Below, piece after piece: positions 1 through 8,372 of a stretch of 60,009 nucleotides of DNA (position 1 is the first letter of the stretch; each line of letters starts with the position of its first letter). The translations under genes were made by a program, and so were the position numbers. Source of the stretch: Methanothrix sp. Its GTDB lineage: Archaea > Halobacteriota > Methanosarcinia > Methanotrichales > Methanotrichaceae. The stretch spans positions 1 through 60,009 of the forward strand of contig JBAXWY010000012.1 in NCBI GenBank assembly GCA_037128175.1. The letters are read 5' to 3'. The notes beneath the pieces are model-generated. The model saw only the letters and a program-made list of their open reading frames with translations. It did not search any database and was not told where the DNA came from.

Positions 1-284
1 GCATTTCTTTTCCCACTTAGCATTGCTGCACGGTCGATGGGGCTGCTATGCGCCCTGAAAGGCAAAGCTGCAGATCGCTGCCGTGCTCACCTAACTTAAT
101 CTATTTTCGCAAAGCTTGATTTGATTGGATTATTATTACTACTATTGAGTGGAATTGTCGCAAATTAACCGGGTCATCATATCAGGCTTCTTAAACTCGA
201 TGCCTCTTATCAGGATGCGTTTCTCTTCGCTATGGCGGGAGAGCCTCATCTGCATGATTCTCGAAGCGTATTTCTCTTGGGCTA

Positions 285-1025
285 TCAAACGCTGGGTAGA
301 GATAAAATTGATTCTCGTTCGGCTATTTTGCGTGCCAACTCTTCCTCACCTTCAGGTACGGGGATCTCAATGTCGAATGGGGTGCGAATATTGAGTCCGA
401 CAAACTGGGTGAAGGAAAATATGAGCACAGCTGGCTTTTTTCCGGTTCTTTTGTGGAATGTAGCTGCCTCCATCTTCATCAAGAAGGAATGGAATGGATA
501 GACTGCCCCTTCATAAACAATCCCGTTCTCGGAGATATACGCTTCTCTGGGAGATCGAAGTGCATATTTCAGCGCGATTGCCGGCATAACCCTGGAAACT
601 ATGAAAAGGAAAACCATGAATGCAAGAAGAAATGCCCCGGTGATTGAGCCCCCCTCTCCGGCAAATATCATCATAGCCAGTGCGACGAGAATAAGCATTC
701 CACCAATAACGAGAAACATAGCCCGGTTTCTTTCTTGATATTTTGCATATTCTATCCGTGCACTCTGCTCTGCCTCGTCTGCTGAATAGATCCAGTGGGC
801 AAGCAGACTCCTGCCATTCAGAATTGAGTCCATGACCCTTGCCCGGTGGAAAAATAATGCTGCGACAGCAACTCCTGTAACTGCAAGGAAGAATGACACA
901 AAAGCGATAGCATAACCGCCCGACATGCCGTCAATAAAATAGAATGCGTAGATGCAAATGATTGTAAAGATCGCCGTCGAGAACAGCGATCTGTAACACC
1001 ATTTCCACTGAGTGTTCTCCATCAT
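285..1025 (-). CDS. Membrane protein with about four hydrophobic segments, function unknown
   Basis: ORF 285..1151; more plausible start at MMENTQ (1025). Two pairs of hydrophobic helices followed by a soluble C-terminus. Confidence 0.7.
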   Translation of the reverse strand: MMENTQWKWCYRSLFSTAIFTIICIYAFYFIDGMSGGYAIAFVSFFLAVTGVAVAALFFHRARVMDSILNGRSLLAHWIYSADEAEQSARIEYAKYQERNRAMFLVIGGMLILVALAMMIFAGEGGSITGAFLLAFMVFLFIVSRVMPAIALKYALRSPREAYISENGIVYEGAVYPFHSFLMKMEAATFHKRTGKKPAVLIFSFTQFVGLNIRTPFDIEIPVPEGEEELARKIAERESILSLPSV

Positions 1026-1317
1026 CTTTAATCTGCATCCATTATCTGGATAATAATCCTGGCGATATGATGCCATCCTGCAATTTATGAAGGTGTTTAC
1101 AAGAGGCAATCTGCGATGGATAGCAAGTTCACTAACATCAATCAAGATCATTACCCTGTATTATCCCAAAGAAAGGAGATTACATTGGCCTCCCAATCGT
1201 AGGATTCCATTTCTCGGTGGAAGGAAGGTAAGGAAACAATTCGGGTGATGAGGAGAAGCTGAAGCAAATATCTTTAATAGCTTACAGATCTACTAATCTA
1301 TAATAGGTGAGGTTGGC

Positions 1318-1671
1318 ATGAACAAGAAATTTGTGGCCTTATTGCTATTGCCAGCTATGTTGCTGGTAGCACCAATTTGCTTAGCACAATCGGATCATGA
1401 TAACGAACAGGTCTGGCTTCCACCCAGTTGGGTTTTTGGTAGTGGATACACCCCCTATGATTATCCTGGCAGTGTGGGCGGCTGGGGGTACGATCCATTT
1501 TCCTATTATAGCCACCAAGGGAAAACCTATAACTCATACCGCTATTCCAATTACTACTATCCCGGTAGTACCTGGTATCCGTCCTATTATCGATACAACT
1601 ACAACTATCCGTACACTTATCGCAATTATTGGTATCCATACACTTACCATAGCGGTTACTGGTGGTCTTGA
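1318..1671 (+). CDS. Secreted Tyr-rich low-complexity protein
   Basis: Signal-peptide-like MNKKFVALLLLPAMLLVAPICLA; Y/W/P-rich body; AGGTGAGG SD-like motif upstream. Confidence 0.7.
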   Translation: MNKKFVALLLLPAMLLVAPICLAQSDHDNEQVWLPPSWVFGSGYTPYDYPGSVGGWGYDPFSYYSHQGKTYNSYRYSNYYYPGSTWYPSYYRYNYNYPYTYRNYWYPYTYHSGYWWS

Positions 1672-1849
1672 TTATCTCCTGAACTGCTTCCAACATTTTT
1701 TCGGGATCTTTTACACGCCCGGCTTTAGGGATAGCTGGTTGATCGAGTAGATGGGTATAGCTTGATTCCTCGATGGATTCTTGACGAAGCAGTCTCAGTA
1801 GATAATGCCGCTTATGGGATGCTCAGTGGGAAGGTAGCGGCTCCGGCAA

Positions 1850-1893
1850 GCGTGCTCCCGCGTTCCCGCGCGTGCTGGCCTGGGGGCGGGCGG
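1850..1893. repeat. GC-rich cassette-separating element, copy A (truncated, degenerate)
   Basis: cgttcccgcgcgtgctggcctgggggcg matches the 5' core of copies B-E. Confidence 0.6.
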
Positions 1894-1922
1894 ATCTGAA
1901 TTGACCCCCCAACGCCCCCTCT

Positions 1923-2068
1923 TCATCTTTTTTGCTCAATCCTTTGGATTATCGGATACATGTTCAGGTACATGGGCGGAAAATTGCTGTTTTCATACTT
2001 CTTAATGAGGATAGATTATGGCTTTTTTCCAGAGGAATGATGCGTAGTTCCTGAGAAGGGATAATCAT
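1923..2068 (-). pseudogene. Internally deleted GNAT toxin remnant
   Basis: Hand translation: MIIPSQELRIIPLEKSHNLSS resembles the N-terminus of the intact GNAT at 4548-5111 (ISPEELSIEPLSTRFNLSP). It is joined out of frame to KKYENSNFPPMYLNMYPIIQRIEQKR* (compare RRMFLNIREAARQL). Confidence 0.6.
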
Positions 2069-2074
2069 ATCAAA

Positions 2075-2221
2075 TTAGAAAGGATGCTCTTTGTAGAGCT
2101 TGATGGCTTCCTTGAACATCTCTATCTGTTCCTTGGTGGCCTTTGGATTCTTGAGATCTTCAAGGAACTCTTTCGCATCTTCGCCTTCCAGTACCAGCCC
2201 TAGTTCTATGGGATGAGCCAT
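2075..2221 (-). CDS. Small 48-aa putative antitoxin of a GNAT TA pair
   Basis: MAHPIELGLVLEGEDAKEF...MFKEAIKLYKEHPF; paralog of 5111-5263; lies directly upstream of the GNAT remnant. Confidence 0.7.
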   Translation of the reverse strand: MAHPIELGLVLEGEDAKEFLEDLKNPKATKEQIEMFKEAIKLYKEHPF

Positions 2222-2349
2222 CTTTAAAACCTCTGACAAATGTTGGATATTCAATTTTCTTAAGGCTTTGCAGTAATCGACTGGCGAAGCTTTGCCAGGC
2301 TTGAGGTTAGCAAAAGCCGCCCGGAAAAAGCGATGATAGCGATGACTGC

Positions 2350-2447
2350 CGTTCCTGCGCACCCCTGCGCGCGTGCGGGCCTGGGGGCGCGTGGCCAGGG
2401 GACCGGGTGGGCCGACTGGTGGTGGGGTCGGGCCGAATTGCTTGGCC
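2350..2447. repeat. GC-rich cassette-separating element, copy B (partial)
   Basis: gcgcgcgtgcgggcctgggggcgcgtg...gggccgaattgc aligns with the first ~95 bp of copies C-E. Confidence 0.75.
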
Positions 2448-2554
2448 CTCTGACCTTCGTAAAGGCGCGTTAGTAAGCTTGCCTGTAGTTCTTTCGGTGG
2501 TGACTGATTCTCAGGAAAATTGAGGAGTTTTTTTTCGATTAGGAGCACACTGTT

Positions 2555-2809
2555 TCATGCGCTCATTTTCAGCTCTATTTCTCCAGCTACAAGTGGTCTT
2601 GTCAGAAGTTTTCCCAACCGGTACTCTTTCATGACCTCATCGATTTTCTCAGATACTACTGGCGTTACATACGCTTCGCCACAGCAACTGCACACAAGAG
2701 CGGGAACCTTTTTTATGACGACTAATTCTTCTCCCGCCTTCAATACAAGGTCCGTGGAGCCTTCACGCAGCTTGCTTCCACAAAGAGCGCACATATCAGA
2801 ATTTGTCAT
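2555..2809 (-). CDS. YgiT-type zinc-finger (MqsA-like) antitoxin
   Basis: CALC...VPALVCSCCGEAY pattern; ATGA overlap with the upstream DUF4258 gene. Confidence 0.8.
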   Translation of the reverse strand: MTNSDMCALCGSKLREGSTDLVLKAGEELVVIKKVPALVCSCCGEAYVTPVVSEKIDEVMKEYRLGKLLTRPLVAGEIELKMSA

Positions 2810-3120
2810 AATCGCCTCGTTCTACAATTCACCCAGCATTCATCATCCGGCCAATAGACGGTGATTACGCTGAGCCGATCTCCACATATGGCCACCACAA
2901 CATGGCAGGGGTTGCCGGATATAAATCCAAGCATCAGAGCAGCAGGACATGGCTGGCGATTCGGGTAATCTTCTATTATCTCTCCATTGGCTATTAAGCT
3001 TATCAGATCCTTCGTTGTCACATCCCTATCCGACATTCTGATTAGGGCATGCGTAGTGATGATATATCGGCGCTCGCTGACAAGAACTTTAATGCGCTCA
3101 AGCATATCGTTGGACTTCAT
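2806..3120 (-). CDS. DUF4258-family putative toxin
   Basis: T.HAL.RM..R, GEIIEDYP, HVVVA, ITVY.PD motifs typical of DUF4258; paired with a YgiT zinc finger. Confidence 0.8.
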   Translation of the reverse strand: MKSNDMLERIKVLVSERRYIITTHALIRMSDRDVTTKDLISLIANGEIIEDYPNRQPCPAALMLGFISGNPCHVVVAICGDRLSVITVYWPDDECWVNCRTRRL

Positions 3121-3177
3121 CAGCTTCTCCGTTGCCTTCTTGTATTCCTTGGCTTATCTGATTTTCTATGACCAGAA

Positions 3178-3331
3178 GCGCGCTTTCGTGTCCCCGCGCG
3201 CGCGTGCGAGCCTGGGGGCGCGTGCCCGTGGGCCCGGTTGGCCGTGGGGCTGGGGCCGGATTGCCGGAGGTGCTGCTGCCAGGAAGGGCGCGCTGGGATT
3301 GGACGGCGAGGAATTTGTGCTGCGGGTGATG
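3178..3331. repeat. GC-rich cassette-separating element, copy C
   Basis: tccccgcgcgcgcgtgcgagcctgggggcgcgtgcccgtgggcccggttggccgtggggctggggccggattgccggagg...ccaggaagggcgcg...gaatttgtgctg; highly similar to D and E. Confidence 0.9.
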
Positions 3332-3332
3332 G

Positions 3333-3808
3333 TCATTGAAAACGCTTCATAGCTTCCTTGGGATGCAGTACTTTAACCTTGAATCCCGCAGGCATACGAT
3401 ATTGATTGAGAACTCCATCGGTTGTAATAAAATAATCTACATCGTAGGCCATGGCATACCCTAAGTGGACCAGATCCGTAGGCGTCATCCGGTCATCTCT
3501 CCATTCGTTTCCATAAAGATTATGGCAGGCCTCTGCTACAGTCTGGTTAGGATGGAGAAATCGAACATTATAACGGTCCAAGAAGTCTATGAGATCATGC
3601 AGTTCTTCTACACTATGTCTTTTGCCTTCGAAACAGATGGCAGAAACTTCGCCAAGTACAGAAATGGGAATGCATAATGTCACCCCCTCACGAGTTCCTG
3701 CACAAGATATCAGTTTTTTATATCACCAGGGTAGATGCCTCTCCTCCGCTGGCTCTGGTCCCCCAAGGCAAAGAATAGCAGGTCCGCATCGAAGGTTACA
3801 TCGGTCAT
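3333..3808 (-). pseudogene. PIN/VapC toxin split by a frameshift at an A6C run
   Basis: ATG at 3808 gives MTDVTFDADLLFF...GDIKN* (TGA 3712-3710). The -1 frame continues LISCAGTREGVTLCIPISVLGEV...TDLVHLGYA...FITTD, supplying the remaining PIN acidic residues. Confidence 0.7.
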
Positions 3809-3966
3809 TTCTTGCTCCGGAAAGCTCTTCGTACCCTTTCCAGCATCTCATCGTGCTCCTCTTTTGTAATTGCCTTGATGATATTGCCATGAATATCGGT
3901 GATGCCGCCGTAAGGCATAGGATTATTGTGATCAAATTCGAGAGCTTCAGAGGTCTTATCTGTCAT
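3805..3966 (-). CDS. 53-aa putative antitoxin for the PIN toxin
   Basis: Hand-translated MTDKTSEALEFDHNNPMPYGG...RRAFRSKK*; ATGA overlap with the PIN start; below the ORF-track size cutoff. Confidence 0.6.
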   Translation of the reverse strand: MTDKTSEALEFDHNNPMPYGGITDIHGNIIKAITKEEHDEMLERVRRAFRSKK

Positions 3967-4097
3967 GTAGTCACCTTTTCTTGCAGGATCTTACTCTTGC
4001 AGAACAATCCATGTCGATCATCTAAATGCTTTACGGTGCGTTTGGAGCAGCCAAGCTTTGCATTTGCTGATAGACATGTATCTTTTGGCGCATCCAT

Positions 4098-4266
4098 GTG
4101 CGTTCCCGCGCGCGTGCGGGCCTGGGGGGCGCGTGCCCGTGGGCCCGGCTGGCCGTGGGGCTGGGCCCGGATTGCCGGAGGCGATGCTGCCAGGAAGGGC
4201 GCGCCGGGATTGGGCGGCCACGAATTTGCGCTGAGGGTAATATGCATGCAGGATCGTGATTGCAGC
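4098..4266. repeat. GC-rich cassette-separating element, copy D
   Basis: Full-length copy; shares the extension ggatc(g/a)tg(a/g)ttgcag with copy E. Confidence 0.9.
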
Positions 4267-4322
4267 CAGTGGAGAAAATATATCTGATGTTCAATCGGGC
4301 TAAAATAGTGGCTGACTTGCTG

Positions 4323-4390
4323 TTATGGATTCCATAAAGTTAAGAAGCTGACTCGCTTAAAGTCGCCGTCATTAGTGGCCATTTTCCCAT
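4323..4390 (-). pseudogene. C-terminal remnant of a PIN/VapC toxin
   Basis: Alternate frame reads MATNDGDFKRVSFLTLWNP*, resembling the VapC C-terminal T-N-D-x-D-F motif, directly behind a DUF104-like antitoxin. Confidence 0.55.
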
Positions 4391-4579
4391 TTTGTAATCT
4401 TCATGTGCTTCTTCTAGCCTTTCCCAGCATTTCACAATCCCAAAGATCTTACTGGTAGCACTCCTTCGGACTTTTATCTCGACTTCGTCGCCATCTTTTC
4501 GGTCCAGCTCTCCCAGTGGCTTGGGAACTTTGTCAACATATCGCGCTTTAAAGGTTGCTCTTTTCATGACATGGTCCAT
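4340..4579 (-). CDS. DUF104/AF2212-like antitoxin; C-terminus probably altered by the downstream deletion
   Basis: TFKARYVDKVPKPLGELDRKDGDEVEIKV resembles the AF2212 pattern (IxAxYxxGVxKPLxxLxLxEGxxVxI). Confidence 0.6.
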   Translation of the reverse strand: MDHVMKRATFKARYVDKVPKPLGELDRKDGDEVEIKVRRSATSKIFGIVKCWERLEEAHEDYKMGKWPLMTATLSESAS

Positions 4580-5111
4580 CCATCCAGGGGTCCAGAGACT
4601 CCAGAGGCTTTAGCTGCCGGGCAGCTTCTCGAATGTTCAAGAACATCCTGCGGCTCTTCTTCAGAGATCTAAATCCAAAATCCTCATAGAACTTCAGAGC
4701 ATCTTCTTTCGGATCGACCACCAGATATCTGCATCCGATCGGACCTTCAAGAGCTGCTCCGATGGCTAATAAAAGCAGATAGGTTCCAAGTCCGCGACCA
4801 TGAAGTCTCTTATCCACAGCAAGCCGGGCAATCAGAAGGCAAGGATAGATTGGATACTTGCCAACATCCGGGGGCTCATCATCGAGACGATCCACCCGAA
4901 CCGAATCTGCGACCAAAGCAATGTAGCCTGCTGCGCGGTCTCTGCAAAAGCATATGTGCGTCTTGTTGAGAAGGATTTGTTGTTCGCCTAATGCATCTTC
5001 TTTCAAGAACTCATTTAGATCGTCATCGCCCGAGTCAAATGGAGAAAGGTTGAACCTGGTGCTTAGAGGCTCGATGCTCAACTCTTCTGGTGAAATCTTT
5101 TCCCTGGCCAT
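4548..5111 (-). CDS. GNAT acetyltransferase toxin (AtaT/TacT-like)
   Basis: FDSGDDDLNEFLKEDA, LIARLAVDKRLHGRGLG (acetyl-CoA motif), FYEDFGF. Confidence 0.85.
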   Translation of the reverse strand: MAREKISPEELSIEPLSTRFNLSPFDSGDDDLNEFLKEDALGEQQILLNKTHICFCRDRAAGYIALVADSVRVDRLDDEPPDVGKYPIYPCLLIARLAVDKRLHGRGLGTYLLLLAIGAALEGPIGCRYLVVDPKEDALKFYEDFGFRSLKKSRRMFLNIREAARQLKPLESLDPWMDGPCHEKSNL

Positions 5112-5263
5112 TAAAATCTGCTGCGATTGGCTCTGTAAATCCGCTTGGCTTCTTTAAACATGGCTAACTGTCCTGGCGTAAATGCAGTGATCTCCTCGTT
5201 CTTCCAGAACTCCTTTGCCGCTTCACCTTCGAGAACCAAGCCGAGTCTGACTGGTTTTGCCAT
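5111..5263 (-). CDS. 50-aa putative antitoxin of the GNAT toxin
   Basis: Hand-translated MAKPVRLGLVLEGEAAKEFWKNEEITAFTPGQLAMFKEAKRIYRANRSRF*; TAATG overlap with the GNAT start. Confidence 0.75.
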   Translation of the reverse strand: MAKPVRLGLVLEGEAAKEFWKNEEITAFTPGQLAMFKEAKRIYRANRSRF

Positions 5264-5420
5264 TCTTTGCACCATCCTCAGGAATTCAATTATGTGCCGC
5301 TATTATTTAATGGTAATCGATCTTTGGAGGAAAACCTGAAGATTGAGCGTTGAAGCCGGTCAGGCGGCAGAAATCGATGGCTGAGATCATCGGCTTTGCC
5401 TGCAAAGCAGTCCTGACGGG

Positions 5421-5593
5421 GCGCGCTTCCGCGTCCCCGCGCGCGCGTGCGTGCCTGGGTGGCGCGTGCCCGGGGGCCCGGCTGGCCGTGGGGCCGGATT
5501 GCTGGAGGCGATGCTGCCAGGAAGGGCGTGTCTGGATTTGGCGGCGAGGAATTTGCGCTGCTGTTGATGGGCAAGCGGGATCATGGTTGCAGT
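5421..5593. repeat. GC-rich cassette-separating element, copy E
   Basis: Full-length copy with a short internal deletion relative to C and D. Confidence 0.9.
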
Positions 5594-5704
5594 CGGAGCA
5601 TGCGGGCAGGAGATGTTTTGGCGCAGAATTCTGAAAACCAAATAAAAATTTTCGGACCTGCGACCGTTCCCCTTTATTAATATGAGGAAACAAGCAATCT
5701 TCAA

Positions 5705-6415
5705 ATGGATAAGCCTGATTCCCATTATGTTGTTCCGCAGAATCGGTCCATCAGAGAATGGCCCGAAACGGAACGGCCCCGTGAAAAGTTGATCAAAGTG
5801 GGAGCTGAGGCTTTATCAGATGGCGAACTATTAGCAATTATTCTGCGAATCGGCAATCATGGGCAATCTGCAGAGGACTTGGGTCGTGAGCTCTTGGCCC
5901 GTTGGGGTGGATTGCCCGGATTGGATCGGGTCCATATTGAAGAGCTACTCTCTTTTCCGGGTCTTGGGATTGCAAAGGCAGCTCAGCTCAAAGCGGCGAT
6001 CGAGATAGGTAAACGTGTCCGAATACAGGAATCTCTGCCTCAAAGTTTCAATTCTTATTCGGAGGTAGTAGCTTATTTTGGTCCGCGTTTTGAGGGTAAA
6101 CGCTACGAATGCTTTCTTGCATTGTTGCTCGATGGCCAGAATCAATTATTGGCGGAACGAATGATTACAGAAGGCATTCCAACTCAGGCGACTATTTACG
6201 TTCGAAGGATTATGGAAGAAGCCCTCAGAGCATCAGCCAGTTCTTTCGTTGTTGTTCATAATCATCCTTCTGGAAACCCTCAGCCTTCTTCAGCGGATGA
6301 TGAGACAACGAAAAATTTAAAAATTGCCTCAGAAGTACTGAACCTTGTTTTCCTAGACCACGTCATTCTTGGTACAGGCAGCTATTACAGCTACGCAGAG
6401 CATAAGAGGATTTGA
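5705..6415 (+). CDS. radC: RadC family JAB-domain protein
   Basis: RPREKL...LSDGELLAI N-terminus, HhH GLGIAKA, JAMM motif HNHPSGNPQPSSAD, LDHVI. Confidence 0.92.
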   Translation: MDKPDSHYVVPQNRSIREWPETERPREKLIKVGAEALSDGELLAIILRIGNHGQSAEDLGRELLARWGGLPGLDRVHIEELLSFPGLGIAKAAQLKAAIEIGKRVRIQESLPQSFNSYSEVVAYFGPRFEGKRYECFLALLLDGQNQLLAERMITEGIPTQATIYVRRIMEEALRASASSFVVVHNHPSGNPQPSSADDETTKNLKIASEVLNLVFLDHVILGTGSYYSYAEHKRI

Positions 6416-6436
6416 ATACGCTAAAGGAGCAAATGA

Positions 6437-6710
6437 ATGGTGTCAGATACCTACGCAAAAGCTGATGAGATTCAGATAAAAGGCAGTCAAATTTTTAGCC
6501 CGGTAAGGCAAAAATGGCTCCTGCTCACTCCTGAGGAGCTAGTGCGCCAAGAATACTTAAAAATATTAATACAAGAATATGATTATCATCATAACCAGAT
6601 TGCCGAAGAAATGGATGTGACAGGTCGCGGCAGTGCCCAGGCCCGCGCTGACTTTGTTATCTGGCGCACATCTAGGGATAGGCTGGACCAAAAACCACCT
6701 CTTATTTTTT
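6437..6710 (+). pseudogene. Truncated type I restriction HsdR N-terminal-domain gene
   Basis: R.KW...TPEELVRQ.Y...L...Y.Y...I.EE...RADFVI motif; similarity stops at the palindrome at ~6713. Confidence 0.7.
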
Positions 6711-6712
6711 AT

Positions 6713-6740
6713 GAATACCCCGCAGCTTGCTGCGCGGGTG
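6713..6740. mobile_element. Palindrome resembling an IS200/IS605-type subterminal hairpin
   Basis: gaataccccgcagcttgctgcgcgggt: imperfect inverted repeat at the junction of two gene fragments. Confidence 0.4.
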
Positions 6741-6754
6741 CGCCGCCGTTTCAC

Positions 6755-7085
6755 TAAGGAGAATAAAATCAAACACATCAAGGCTCGCGTCAAGCATCCT
6801 CAGACCAATGGAAAATTAGAAAAATGGAACGACACTTATGAACGCAACAGGTTTAGGTTCGAGAATTTTGACAATTTCATGAATTGGTATAATACGGTTA
6901 GATTTCATGAATCGCTGGATACAAAATGGTATCTACAGACGCCAGATATCGCATTCTGGTCAAGGCTGCCGGATGGGTGCAAATTGGGAATGTTCCTGAA
7001 TCGGATGGAGACTGAATTAAATGGTTGCTGAAGAATATAACGATCCGGCCGGAGTATATAAAGTCCAAACATTCGGGACTCTACA
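6755..7085 (+). mobile_element. IS481-family 3' remnant (integrase-core C-terminus plus terminal repeat)
   Basis: IKHIKARVKHPQTNGKLEKW...WYNTVRFHESL (rve C-terminal motifs); ends in ...ttcgggactctACA, i.e. TGTAGAGTCCCG on the reverse strand. Confidence 0.75.
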
Positions 7086-7158
7086 GTAAAGCTTCAATAC
7101 CAATAAATAGAGATAGTACTGTATAGTTATGTGACAAAGGCAATACATTCGATCACTT

Positions 7159-8370
7159 ATGACAATAAAACAAGACCCAACAGAACGCGAGGGGAAAAGT
7201 CGCAGCATCAGCATCCCCGTCAAACCTGCCGTCCTCATCTGGGCAAGAGAGAGCGTGGGCAGGACAGTCAAAGAAGCGGCTGCCATGCTTGGCGAAAGCG
7301 AAGAGCAGGTCTTGCAGTGGGAAGCAGGCCAACAGCAGCCCCTGCTGCACCAGGTAAAGGCCCTGGCCAGGTTTTATAAGCGCCCTCTTGCCGCATTCTT
7401 CCTGCCTGGTCCCCCGCAGGAACTGTCTCTCCCCCACGATTTTCGCACCCTTCCCGATGAGAATGAGATACCGCTGTCTTCCAAAACCAGGCTTGCCATG
7501 CGCCAGGCAAGGAGGCTTCAGTCCATAGCCTCAGAGCTAAAAGAAGACGATGAAGGCGATTTTCATGCTCGCATTGGGCGAGCGTTGCTATCCGATGATC
7601 CGGAAGCGTTGGCCAGCAAAGTTAGGGAATCATTAGGTATTTCATTGGAAGAGCAATTGTCCTGGGAAAAAGATACTAGCGCCATGGATCGGTGGAAAAA
7701 ATCCGTTGAAAGCCAAGGCATTCTCGTATTTCAGATGTCAATGCCCCTGGAAGAAACAAGAGCGTTTTCATTTACCGATGGAGGCCTGCCGGTAATCGTA
7801 ATAAATACAAAAGACGCCTTGAAAGCCAGGATCTTTTCATTGTTCCATGAACTGGGACACATCCTTTTAAATGAAGGCGGAATATGCGATCCGAGCAAAT
7901 TGGGCGGAGAGGAATCCACTAAGAAAGACAGGTCCATCGAGGCTTTCTGCAACTTTTTTGCCGGCGGCGTTCTAATTCCAAAGGAAGGTTTGCTTTGCCA
8001 TCGCTTAGTTGTAGGAAAGACACCTTCCTACAAATGGCCAGAGAGAATTCTTGGCACAATCTCCAATGATTTCAAGGTGAGCAAAGAGGTTGTTTTAAGA
8101 AGGCTGCTCATAGCTGGATTGACCTCCCGAGAATTCTATTCCCTTAAGCACAATGATTGGATGAAAAAAGAAAAAAAACCGGATTCTGCCAAGGGAAAAG
8201 GCATCAAAAGAGATATTCCCAGAGAATGCCTTCAGCGAAACGGCACGCCATTGACCTCACTTGTCCTCGATTCATACAGAAACGAAAGGATCACCACCAG
8301 CGATGTAGCCGACTATCTGGGAATTCGCGTTAAGCATATTCCTCGAATAGAAAAGCTTCTTGAGGCCTAG
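7159..8370 (+). CDS. XRE-HTH plus ImmA/IrrE (peptidase M78) protein
   Basis: N-terminal HTH (WARE...QWEAG...P); FSLFHELGHILL HExxH motif; EAFCNFFAG. Confidence 0.88.
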   Translation: MTIKQDPTEREGKSRSISIPVKPAVLIWARESVGRTVKEAAAMLGESEEQVLQWEAGQQQPLLHQVKALARFYKRPLAAFFLPGPPQELSLPHDFRTLPDENEIPLSSKTRLAMRQARRLQSIASELKEDDEGDFHARIGRALLSDDPEALASKVRESLGISLEEQLSWEKDTSAMDRWKKSVESQGILVFQMSMPLEETRAFSFTDGGLPVIVINTKDALKARIFSLFHELGHILLNEGGICDPSKLGGEESTKKDRSIEAFCNFFAGGVLIPKEGLLCHRLVVGKTPSYKWPERILGTISNDFKVSKEVVLRRLLIAGLTSREFYSLKHNDWMKKEKKPDSAKGKGIKRDIPRECLQRNGTPLTSLVLDSYRNERITTSDVADYLGIRVKHIPRIEKLLEA

Positions 8371-8372
8371 AT

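Noticed and set aside
2222-2548. N-terminal extension of ORF 2075..2548
   Set aside because: It runs through repeat copy B; the paralog at 5111-5263 indicates the real start is at 2221.
1850-5593. CRISPR array or canonical integron attC array
   Set aside because: Repeats are long and degenerate with gene-sized spacers; no cas genes, no intI, and no attC R-box pair seen.
3589-5725. ORFs such as 3589..4287, 3963..4247, 5290..5574 and 5307..5693 that resemble each other
   Set aside because: Their similarity comes only from translating the GC-rich repeat, which has few stop codons; no protein motifs.
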